Shown one piece after another: positions 23,063-33,838 of a stretch of 42,305 bases of DNA. This DNA is from Fonticula alba ATCC 38817. Its lineage: Eukaryota; Protista; Nucleariida. The stretch is taken from assembly GCA_000388065.2 (NCBI GenBank), contig KB932204.1. One strand, given 5' to 3'. Every line of letters begins with the position of its first letter. Within the stretch, counting starts at the first letter, position 1. The notes beneath the pieces were generated by a model that saw only the letters and a list, made by a program, of their open reading frames with translations, ran no database searches and was not told the origin of the DNA. Position numbers and translations under genes: made by a program.

Positions 23063-24297
23063 TCAGATCCGGCGGCTCGGACCGGTGGCCCATTGGCGAG
23101 TGCTGCCGGAGCCGGTGGGTGGGGATGGAGGGGCGCCGTCGGCGCTCTGCACGGTGGGAGGACGGTCGTCGGCGCCGAAGATGTCGCGGCTGGGGCGAGG
23201 AGGGTGCAGCGCGTGTGCGTGTGCATGTGCGGTTAGCGGGGGCCGGGGGGAGGGGGGGATCGGAGCTGCGCCGCGCTGCGCCGCGCTGTGTGAAGGGGCG
23301 CGAAACGGAAGGACGCACAAAATGCCCGGGGTCTGGAAGATGGGTGGGCGCCCGGAGGAGGTCGGCCACTCGAAGGTGGTGAAGTAGTATGCATGGCCGG
23401 CCACAATGCCGATGAACGAGGACAGTGGCGACACACCGGTCAGGATGTCAAAGGCGATGAAGGCCCACGGAAGCAGGGCAGCCTGGGGGGGGGGGGGGGG
23501 TGGGAGGGGGAAGACAGGGGAGGGGGAGGCAGGGGAGCATGGATATGGCTGGTGTCAGATCCGGGCGCGGGACGTGGCACACTGCACTCAATGGGCTCCG
23601 CTCGTACCTTGAAGTTGATGCCGAAGAAGAAGGTGACGATGACGTCGCGGTTGAGCTGAGACCAAATGTAGATGATGGCCTGCGTGAGGGAGGACCCGGT
23701 GATGCGGAGGTTGAAGAAGAAAGAAACGGCCTGTGGGGGTGGGGAAGGGCGTCAGCATGGGAGCCGGCAGGGGGAAAGGCCGGGCCAGGAGGAAATGGGA
23801 GAAGCGTCGCGAAAGGGGGCCCGGGGAAAGGACGCACAGAGATGACCGCCAGGAGCATGGTGATGGCGAAGACATAGTCGGCCCGGCGCCCGGCGAAGTT
23901 GGTCTCCTCCAGCCGGCGCCCATACGAGTAGAGCATGAACAGATGGCTGAGCAAGGCGAAGGAAGGGCCGCCATAGAAGAGGGCCGCGGTGATGAAGCGC
24001 CAGATCTGTGGCCCGGCCGGAGCGGGGCGGCGAGGCGGGGGCGGGGGGAGATGCAAGTCAGAACGGGCGAATGGTGCTGCCATTGGGGGAGGCGGCGCGG
24101 AGCCGGGCAACCGGGGCCGAGGGCAGGCGGCGGCGCACCTCGAGTTTCATGATGGCGCCAGACTCGAGCAGGAAGAGCGACAGCACGCGCCGGGGGAGGA
24201 CCATCGGAGCGAGGGCGCTCAGAAGGAGTGTCCCGAAGAAGAAAAAGCGCGTCACCGGCGGAATGGACGTCGCCCACTCGACAATTTCATTCCTCAT
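23063..24297 (-). CDS. Derlin (DER1 family, ERAD rhomboid pseudoprotease), about 246 aa, 5 exons
   Basis: Exons are 24297-24139, 24005-23838, 23730-23608, 23482-23319 and 23189-23063 (741 nt, in frame). Motifs include SIPPVTR, the WR motif in IWRFITAALF, RLEETNFAGRRADYVF, IYIWSQLN, LPW and GIVAGHAYYF. The paralog class (Derlin-1 vs Derlin-2/3) is not assigned. Confidence 0.92.
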
Positions 24298-25337
24298 GAT
24301 GGGGCAAAGGTAGGGCGGAACAGGGGAAGCAGCAGGGGGCGCAGAGCGAAGGGAAGGGCGCAGAAAGAGGGGGCAAAGGCGCGGCAGGGGTCGGGGACGA
24401 GGGGGCATGGGTCACGGACCGGGGACCGGCCCGGCCCGCAGGCTCTTGGGGCGCAGGGCCGGCCGTGTGGCCATTGTCCCCGGGAGGAGGCCTGCGGTGT
24501 TGCGCCCCGCCTGCTTCCCCGCCCGCTTTCTCCGTTCCCGGGCGGAGGGAAATTTCGAGAGATCCCCCTCCCCCGGGGGCCCCCGCAACCGGCGGCAGAA
24601 GGCCATGGAGAAAAATTAAGATGCCCTGCCTGCGGGGAATGGAATCGCTCGGTCCCAGCGGCCTTTGCCTGTTGCGCGCGGGGGCCGAAGGCGCGGGCAT
24701 GTTTCAACGGGCATCGTCCGGCCGGGCAAGACACATGTGTCGGGAATGGGCAGGCGGATCCTGACGGGGCCGCACATCCCCACCCTCGGGCCGATCGTCG
24801 CCGCGAGATAAGCCCCCGCCCCCCCCCGCCCCCCCCACCAGTGTCCTCTCGGTGCCATTGGAGCATGGAAGAGACAAAGCAGGAAGAGCCCCGCCAGCTC
24901 GGAGGCCCGCCGCGAAGATACCCAGCCACTGGTCCCGGGCTCAGGGGCAGGAACGCGGGGCCGCCCCCTCCCCCCCCCCGCGCTCTTTCTCAACTCCATC
25001 GCCGGTGGGATGAGTGGGGCGCGTCAGGCCAATCCCTGCTAGTTTGGTCGCGTGATCTGGATGATGTCAGGTGCAGCAGCGGTCAGGAGGATCCCTCGCG
25101 CGCACGGCCCGATCGTGCCCGCCGCCGGAGAGGAAGGCGGGGGATCTAGCCCCCCTGGGGTGCGGAGGGGCACGGGGGAGGTGGGGCATTTTGGTGTATT
25201 TTCCATATGCGCGGACGTGTTTGCGTGCACCAAGAGAGAGGGAGAGGGAGAAAGAGTGGCAAGGAGATGCACGCACAGGAGCAGCACAGGGATGGGCAGG
25301 GCCCCCCGCCCCGCCCCGCCCCGCCGGGGCCCGGCGG

Positions 25338-26967
25338 CTAGCGCGAACCGTAGGCGGTGGCCGGGGCCGCGCCCCAGCCGCCGTCGGACCCGGGGGCCGC
25401 GATGTAGCCGAGGTCCTGCAGGACGCGGGTCTGGGCCTCGTGCGGCATGCGGCTCAGGCGCTCGAGGGCCGCCTCGAAGGAGGCATTGCCACCGGTGGCA
25501 CTGCGCAGGGCGGTCGAGTAGCCGACCATGGTCCGCAGGGGAACCGAGGCCACGACAATGGAGCTGGTGTCGCCGGCGCCCTCGCCCTCCTCCACCTGGG
25601 TGGTGTAGGTGTCGCTGGCCGGCCCGGCGCCGGCGGCCTCGGACGCGGCCAGGTCCTGGGCAGCCGAGCGGATGTCCACGATGCGGCCATCCCGACGCCC
25701 GGTCAGGTCGCTGACCACCACGCCGACCAGGTCGCCGGAGCCGCTGGGGCCGCTGCCAGCATGGGAGGCCGCCTGGCTGCCGACGGTGACGGCCATGCGC
25801 ATGACCGGCTCCAGGAGGAACCCCGGCCGGGCACGAGCCAGGTGCGAGACACCCTCGAGGATGCACCCGCGAGCCGCGTGCACCAGCGCGTCGCCCGGCA
25901 GCAGGAAGGTCGGCTCGGCATTGGGGAAGTGCCGGGCCACCTGGGCCTCGTCCAGGGCGAACCAGGGCTGGTCGATGATGAGGTGCACATGGGCCAGGGG
26001 GAAGTGGGCCTTGGTGCCGAGATCGGAAGAGCGTCGTGCGAGCCAGGTGCGAGACACCCTCGAGGATGCACCCGCGAGCCGCGTGCACCAGCGCGTCGCC
26101 CGGCAGCAGGAAGGTCGGCTCGGCATTGGGGAAGTGCCGGGCCACCTGGGCCTCGTCCAGGGCGAACCAGGGCTGGTCGATGATGAGGTGCACATGGGCC
26201 AGGGGGAAGTGGGCCTTGGTGCCGGAGCTGTGCAGGGCCGAGGTGGCCGCCTCGGCCAGCAGGCGCTGGTAGCCATACGACCGGATGGTGCTCGGGCAGC
26301 GCTCCAGCTCCTCCAGGGACAGGGGGGCCACCGAAATGCGATTGGCCTCGCAGCGGGTGGGCATCATGCGCAGGCGGAAGCCCACACGCGCGCGCTGGCC
26401 ATTGATTTCCCGGTCGAAGACGTGGTATCGGGCCGGCAGGGCCCCGTCGAAGTCCCCGAGCGGTGAGGGGTCGCGCAGAGGCGGCGCCGTGGCCGCCGGG
26501 TCGATCATGTCCCCGCTGCCGGGCACCCCGTCGGCCTCATGCGGCGGGAGGAGGTGCTCGTTGAAGAGGTCGAACTCGTCGTCACTGTCCTCCCCATCGA
26601 AGGCCTGGCCCGAGAGGATGGCCTCGGCCTTGGCCTCGGCTCCATCGACGAAGGGCAGGCGCATGACGCCGGGGCCGCCCTGGCCGAAGTCCAGGCCCTC
26701 GCGATAGGCGATCAACACCGGGCCGAAGGAGGCGCCGACTTGGTAGTCGCGCCGGAGGCGGTCTTCGGCCACCTCCAGGTGAAGCTCGCCCAGGCCACAA
26801 AGGAGCGTCTGTCCGGTCTCGGCGTCGTGGCGAACCGTCAGCGACGGGTCCTCCAGGACCATGGAGGCGAGGGCCTCGCTGAGGGCCCCCTCGTCGGCCA
26901 GCGACAGGGGCTCCACCGAGCGGAAGAAAACTGCCGGCGGGGGGCTGACTCCGGGGAGGACGAAGCT

Positions 26968-27035
<68 letters not shown>

Positions 27036-28953
27036 GTGTGTGTGTGTGTGTTGGTGCGTGGATGCGTGGATGCGCGGATGCGTGGATGCGTGGATGCGTG
27101 GATGCGTGGATGCGTGGATGCGTGGATGCGTGGATGCGTGAGTAAGTGTGTGCGAGGGTGTGGATGGGCATGTGCGGATGGATGGATGCACATCCAGGAG
27201 AGAAAGAGAGAAAGAGAAGACAAAAATAGGACGGCGAAGCGGGAGGATGGGGGTCAGCCGTGTTGCAACAGGGGAAGGGGAGAGCCGTGCGGAGGGAACA
27301 GCACACGCTGGTGCATGGCAGCGCGCGCGGGCCGGCCCGCGCGCCAGGGACGTACCGCTCCTTCGAGGTGCCGGAGAGGATGGTGTCACCCGTGCGGGTG
27401 GCCTTCATGCCGACGATGACACCGATATCACCGGCGGAAATGGCGTCCACCTCTTCCACCTTGTCGGCATACACGCGCAGCAGCTTGGACGGGCGCTCGC
27501 GCACGCCGGACCGGCCGATGAGCAGCTGCTCTCGGGCTTCCAGCCGACCGGAGTACACGCGAACGTGAACCAACGGGCCGCGCTGGCGATCGACCACCAC
27601 CTTGAAGGCCATGGCGCAGAGGGGCGCCTCCGGGTCGGAGGTGAAGGACCGCGTGGTGTCCACCACCGGGGCCGGGGGCTCGGCCGAGGCGGCCTCCGAG
27701 GCCGGGCCGGCGCCACGCTTGCCGGACTTCTTGCCGGCGCCAGCGGCCTTCTTGGCCTGCATGGCAGCCGCATAGGCGGCGGCAGCGCGCGCGCGCTTGG
27801 ACATCACCTCGGTCGAGGGAGCCGCCTCCATCGCCTGGATCTCGGCCAAAACCGGCGGCCGCTCCAACGGCGAGGGGAGGTAATCCACCACGGCATCGAG
27901 GACCGGCTGGACGCCGCGATTTTGCAGGGCCGACCCCACCAGCACCGGGGTCACCCGATTGGCCAGGGTCAGCCGGCGGATGGCGGCGGCCAGGGCGGCC
28001 GGAGGCACCAGCCGCGCCTGGGCCTCCGGCGTCAGGTCCTCCTCGCTGTCGTACGAGAGCAGGAGCTCCAGCAGGGTGTCATCCAGCCCGGCGACGGTTT
28101 CCACCAGCTCGGCGCGCTGGGCCAGGGCCAGGGCGATGTCGGCCGGGGTCAGGACCCCGGCAGCAGCGGCCCCCGGCGGCAGGGGGCTCGCCTCGGGCCG
28201 GGACTGGCCGGTGTAATCCAGCAGCCCGGGGACCAGGGCATGAGCGGCCATGCTGTGGCCGAGCTTGTCCTGCCAGGCCTGGTACTCGAGGCGCACCAGG
28301 TCGATGAGAGCCCCATCAAAGCCGGGCCCGGTGGCGTCATCCCCCCCGATGAGGGTTTGCAGGAGCAGGGTCCGCGCGCCGAGGCGGCTGCGAGCCGACG
28401 CCAGAGACCGGTCGATGCTTGCCCCGACGCGATCGAGCTTGTTGATGAACATGATGCGGGCCACGCCCCGGCGGGAGGCCTGGCGCCAGACGGTCACGGT
28501 CTGGGCCTGGACGCCGGCCACCGCGTCCAGCACGGTGACCGCGCCGTCCAGGACCCGGACGCTGCGCTCCACCTCGAAGCCGAAGTCCACATGCCCCGGG
28601 GTGTCGATGAGGTTCACCTGCTGGTCGCGCCAGCCGAGCGTGGTGGCGGCCGCCTGGATGGTGATGCCGCGCTCCTGCTCGGCCGGCAGGAAGTCCATGG
28701 TGGCCGCGCCATCGTGCACCTCCCCCGGGCGTGCCAGCTGCCCGGTGTACAGGAGGACACGCTCGGTGAAGGTGGTCTTGCCGGCATCGATGTGGGCGAT
28801 GATGCCGATGTTGCGCACCTTCTCCAGGGCCTGCTGGTGGGTGTGGTAGGCGGCGACAGCCGCGGCCCGGGGGGGCCCGGTGGCCAGGGGCCGGGGGAGC
28901 CCGGCGGTCAGGGCCCGGCCAGGGCCGGCGCGGGACCACAGGGCGCGTAGCAT
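25338..28953 (-). CDS. GFM2: Mitochondrial EF-G2 / ribosome-releasing factor 2, about 1,006 aa after removing the adapter-induced duplication
   Basis: The ATG at 28953 is followed by a presequence-like N-terminus, VRNIGIIAHIDAGKTT (G1), DFLPAEQERGITIQAAA (MEF2/GFM2-type G2), DTPGHVDF, NKLDR, FKVVVDRQRGPLVHVRVYSG, EDPSL and GLGELHLEV, then LLEPVMRMAV and MVGYSTALRSATGG in domain V. The intron is 27355-26966. Exon 2 contains an extra 205 nt (186-nt duplicate plus 19-nt adapter); removing it gives 3021 nt in frame to the TAG at 25340-25338. Confidence 0.88.
26020..26038 (+). other. Illumina TruSeq adapter fragment AGATCGGAAGAGCGTCGTG embedded in the assembly
   Basis: Exact match to the known adapter start. 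It sits precisely between two identical 186-nt copies (25834-26019 and 26039-26224). Confidence 0.97.
26969..27140. repeat. (TG)n microsatellite followed by about 10 copies of the octamer GGATGCGT, inside the GFM2 intron
   Basis: Directly visible. The repeats lie within intron 27355-26966. Confidence 0.9.
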
Positions 28954-29715
28954 GGCTTGTGAGGCGAGGAAAGAGAAAGGCCGAGGAGGGAGCAGCAGGG
29001 GGGGGGGNNNNNNNNNNNNNNNNNNNNNNNNNNNNNNNNNNNNNNNNNNNNNNNNNNNNNNNNNNNNNNNNNNNNNNNNNNNNNNNNNNNNNNNNNNNNN
29101 NNNNNNNNNNNNNNNNNNNNNNNNNNNNNNNNNNNNNNNNNNNNNNNNNNNNNNNNNNNNNNNNNNNNNNNNNNNNNNNNNNNNCTGGCCACAAGCTGGA
29201 TGGAAAGGGGGGGGGGGGAGAGAGGCAGTGGCCAAGGAGGTGGGAGGTGTGGGCCCCTCCCCCGGGCGCGGTGGGGCCGGCGCCCGAAAAGGACGCGGCA
29301 GAGCCGACCGCGGGAGGGGGAGGCCTCCGGACGGAGACCCTGGCGACGCTAGCTCCCCCTCCGAAGGGGGGGGGGGGGCGCGGGCGGGCCTGGCGGCGGG
29401 GCGCCTCACGCGCGACGACACATCTCTGACTGGGGGCGGGATGACTTCCGGCGCAGGGAACGTGCCGGCCCGGCCCCGAGAGGGGGGCCCGGGCATCCTG
29501 CCCCCCTCCCCGCCGCAGGCATTGGTCCGCCGGCAATCGGAGCCCGGTCGGGATCTGGCCCTGGCACGCCGCACACAGGCGCAGAGGGGGGGGGGGCACA
29601 CGCGCACGCACACGGACGCGCCAGCTCGCGCGCGATTCCTCGTGGAGGCGGGCCTCGGCCTGACCCGCGGGCGCCGCCCGTGATCAGTGGAAAGCCGGGA
29701 AATATCGCGCCCGTC

Positions 29716-30078
29716 GGGTCAATTGTGGTTCTGGTGTGTTGGCCCCATTTAGGATGTCGGTATTCGGCCTTCTGGTGGTGCGGTGCTCCCCCGGAACGGG
29801 CTTAGGTAGAAATGGCGAACTAATGGCCCACAGCCGCGGAGCTCACGTGCTCGGTGTTGAACTCAGTCAGTTACCCGTGGGGCGTGGCACCGGGGGGGTC
29901 AATTGTGGTTCTGGTGTGTTGGCCCCATTTAGGATGTCGGTATTCGGCCTTCTGGTGGTGCGGTGCTCCCCCGGAACGGGCTTAGGTAGAAATGGCGAAC
30001 TAATGGCCCACAGCCGCGGAGCTCACGTGCTCGGTGTTGAACTCAGTCAGTTACCCGTGGGGCGTGGCACCGGGGGGG
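29716..30078. repeat. Exact 180-bp tandem duplication in the GFM2-DnaJ intergenic region (possibly an assembly artefact)
   Basis: 29716-29895 is repeated at 29896-30075 with period 180, and the copies are joined through a G run. Confidence 0.85.
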
Positions 30079-30177
30079 CGGGGGCTGTGGGGGTGCCGGG
30101 AAACGGGCGCCGCACCACGCCGCCCCTGTCCGAGCGGCAAGCAAAGTTACGCGCTGTGGCGGGCGTAATCTCCTGCG

Positions 30178-30199
30178 GACCACCGAGATCTACACTCTT
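30178..30199 (+). other. Illumina P5 adapter fragment GACCACCGAGATCTACACTCTT embedded in the assembly
   Basis: Exact match to part of AATGATACGGCGACCACCGAGATCTACACTCTTTCCC. It is flanked by a near-identical 60-nt duplication (30118-30177 vs 30200-30259). Confidence 0.95.
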
Positions 30200-31288
30200 C
30201 GCCGCCCCTGTCCGAGCGGCAAGCAAAGTTACGCGCTGTGGCGGGCGGCTTCTCCTGCGAGAACAAGGCGCAGGCCCCGCGAGAGGCCCCTCCTCGCGGG
30301 AGATGGACACTTGTGGGCGCGCGCGCGCCCGCACACGGGGCCGGTACAGTTGACTGTAACTCTGGCGGGTCCCCGGAGGCGGCGCGATCTTGTCGCCTTT
30401 TCAAACGGGCGCATTGGGCAGGGGCTGGCGCGGTGGTGTGCGGGGCCGGGTGGGGCAATGGCCGGAGGCCTGCCCACATGTACAGTTGTGGGTGAAACGC
30501 ACGCCTAACGGGCACCCGGCCCTGATGGTGACCGNNNNNNNNNNNNNNNNNNNNNNNNNNNNNNNNNNNNNNNNNNNNNNNNNNNNNNNNNNNNNNNNNN
30601 NNNNNNNNNNNNNNNNNNNNNNNNNNNNNNNNNNNNNNNNNNNNNNNNNNNNNNNNNNNNNNNNNNNNNNNNNNNNNNNNNNNNNNNNNNNNNNNNNNNN
30701 NNNNNNNNNNNNNNNNNNNNNNNNNNNNNNNNNNNNNNNNNNNNNNNNNNNNNNNNNNNNNNNNNNNNNNNNNNNNNNNNNNNNNNNNNNNNNNNNNNNN
30801 NNNNNNNNNNNNNNNNNNNNNNNNNNNNNNNNNNNNNNNNNNNNNNNNNNNNNNNNNNNNNNNNNNNNNNNNNNNNNNNNNNNNNNNNNNNNNNNNNNNN
30901 NNNNNNNNNNNNNNNNNNNNNNNNNNNNNNNNNNNGGGGGGGGGGAGCCCGGCGCACAAGGAGCCACACCACATGGGCGTGCTCATTCTTGTGGCGCCGG
31001 AGGGGGAAGGGCCCTGTGGCCGCGCGAGGTGTCCCACACCATGGCGGCCTCCGCCGGGACGACACCTTCCGGGCCACCGTGCCGAGGCAAGCCGGGCCCT
31101 GTCTGTCGAGGCGTGACGCGCCAGGTCCCCGGCCTCGCCGGGCTGCGGGGGGAGCGGAGGGCGGGGAGAGCAGGGCCTCGGCGGACAAAGACCCGCGCAC
31201 CACCACATCGCCCCGCGCCCATGGACATGCACGCGCCCGGGCTCCGCTAACACCCACGCCCCTTGCCGTGTGCCTTGGCAGCGCAATC

Positions 31289-31459
31289 ATGACCGAGTCC
31301 GAGGAGATCCTCGAGTGCTTCTACGTCCTCCTCGCTGTGGGTGCGCTGGCCGGGTTTCTTCCCTTTCCTGCCCTTTGCGTGTGCCCACGCCGCGCCCCGT
31401 GCCTCGCCTTTGCGCCCGACCGCGGCACACTGACCGACGCATCCCGCCACCCACCCACC

Positions 31460-31504
<45 letters not shown>

Positions 31505-33010
31505 GACACGGCCACCGAGTCGGACATCCGGCAGGCCTACCGGAAGCTGGCGCTCCAGTACCACCCGGACAAGAACCCCGAGGGGCAGGAGCATTTCCTG
31601 AAAATCAAGGAAGGTGCGTGACACAGGCGCCCGGCGCAGAGGGTCGCAGGGCGGGCGTGCGGGCGGGGGGGGACACATTTGTCCCGGCGGCCGCCGGCTC
31701 CACAGGCCCGGGAGACTGACCCCCGTGAGCGGCCCCAACGCCGCAGCCTATGAGGTCCTGATCGACGCCGACCGGCGTCGTGAGTACGACGAAGTGCGCA
31801 ACATGCCGGAGGACGTCTTCGAGCAGGAGTATGCCGCGCACGTGGGCCGGCCCCCTGGCCAGGGGCCCGCGCAGCCGCAGCACTCGCCGCCGCGCCACTC
31901 CCCGGGCTCCGGCCAGCGCAATGCGCACGCCCACCACCACCACCACCACCACCACCACGCCCACCACCACCACGCCCACCACCATGCCCACCACCACCAT
32001 GCCCAGCAGCAGCAGCACCAGCAGCAGCAGCAGCAGCAACGGCACGGGTGGCAGCCGCCGCCCGGCCATGGCGGGCCGGACCCCGAGCAGGCGTACTTCT
32101 TCTCGGGCTTCCAGTTCAAGTGGGGCCGCAGGCCGTCGGACGCCGGCCCGGACCCCGGGGCCCGGACCCCCTCCGACGACAGCCTCCTGAGCAGCGAGGA
32201 GGAGCCGGCCGCCCGGCCGGAGGGCGGGTTCGCCGGGGCCCGGCCCCGGGGGCGGCCGGAGCCCAGCTGGCGCGGCCGCGGCGACGACCGGCCCTACTCG
32301 CCGGAGGGGGGCTGGCCGCCGGCGGGCCCGGCCCCGGGCCGGTCGCCAGGCCCCGGGTCGCCGGCAGCCCGGCCTGGCACCCGGCCAGCCGCCACCGGCG
32401 GCACGTCGTACGCCTTCACGCACGGCGCCCGGCCGGGGGGGCCCGGCCCGGGGGAGCGCTCCCCGCCGTCGCCGGCCCCGGCCCCGGCCCCGGCCCCGGC
32501 CCCGCCACCGATGGCGACCACGACAGCGACAGCCGCGGCCGGGCCGCACAGCCCGCCGGCGGCTGGCGGCCCCCACGCCGGCCGCCACCACGGGGCGCCC
32601 CACATGAGGTGGTCCGCCTGGACGGAGGCCGGCCCGGCCCCGGGCGAGGCCCCTGGCGAGTGGTTCACCCATGCCCGGGCACCGGCCGGTGGCTGGTATG
32701 GCGCCAGCCGGGGGGCCGCCGGCCCGGCCGGGCCGTCGGTCCCGCCGCCGCCCATGCAGGCGGTCGACCCGCCGGCGAGTGGGCCGCGCGTGCGGGACGG
32801 CCCCTTCGCCTGGGCCGGCGCCATGCCGGCGGCCGGCGCATACGTGCCCTTCCGGCCGGCGGCCGGCCCGCCACCGGGCGCACACACCCGCCACCCGGCC
32901 AAAGACCCCTCCCGGCCGGGGGAGGCGCCCTTCGCGCGGGGCGGCCCGGGGGGCTATGCCCAGGGCCCGGTGTCGCCGTCGACGCTGTGCGCATCGCCCC
33001 GGATGGCGGG

Positions 33011-33041
<31 letters not shown>

Positions 33042-33801
33042 CCGCCGTCACCGCCGCCACTTGGGCCCTCGATGGCGGCGGGCGCCAGCTTCGCCATGCC
33101 GTGGACCGCGCGGGCCACCGGGCCGGCTGGGGCCAGCGCGCGGGTCCCGCCGCCGCCCATGCAGAGCATCGACCCGCCGGGGGGGAGGATGGCGGCCGGC
33201 CGTGGGCCGGCATACGGGCCGGCCATCCCCGGGGCCGGCCTGCGCGCGGCCTTTGACCGCTTGAATGTCTGGTCGGGCGCCGGGCCCGGGGGGGCATCAT
33301 CCTCGTCGGAGGCCCTGGGCCCGGACTCGGCGGGGCCCTCCAGCGGCGAGTCCTCCAGCGAGTGGCTGCCGTGGGCCGCCGCGGGCCCCGGCCGGGGGAG
33401 CGCCCTGTCCTCGGGCCAGGCGACCCCCCGGCGCGGGCCCGGCGGCAGCATGACCAGCCGCTGGGGGGTGGCCGGGCGCGGGGCCGGGGGCCCGCCAACC
33501 GGCGGGCTCTTCCAGAAGCCCGGCGCCTGGAAGGCGGCCGCCGCCGCCGCGGAGCCGGAGCCCTCGTCCTCCACCTCCTCGACGGGGTTCTTTTCGACGA
33601 TGGCGCGGGAGCGGCGGCGCGCGGCGGCGGCCGCCGCCGCCGCCGCGGCCGCCACCATGCCCGGCGACCGGCCCGGCGATACTGAAGTCCTCCGGCCCGG
33701 CGGCCGGTGGGTCGCCGACGCCGCGGCCGACAACGACTCGGACCTGATCGAGCTCCAGGTGAAGATCAGCCTGCGGGACTTGGCCTCGGCCGGGGGGGGG
33801 C

Positions 33802-33838
<37 letters not shown>

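Noticed and set aside
25834-26224. Programmed frameshift or pseudogenisation of GFM2
   Set aside because: The junction is an exact Illumina adapter sequence.
26969-27140. Octamer repeat as a CRISPR-like or telomere-like array
   Set aside because: It has no spacers, lies inside an intron and abuts a TG microsatellite. It is a simple minisatellite.
25039-29613. 1,524-aa ORF suggesting a giant EF-G fusion
   Set aside because: It reads through an N gap, an in-frame 390-nt intron (the HPRIHAST/HT repeats are intronic microsatellites) and the adapter-induced frameshift.
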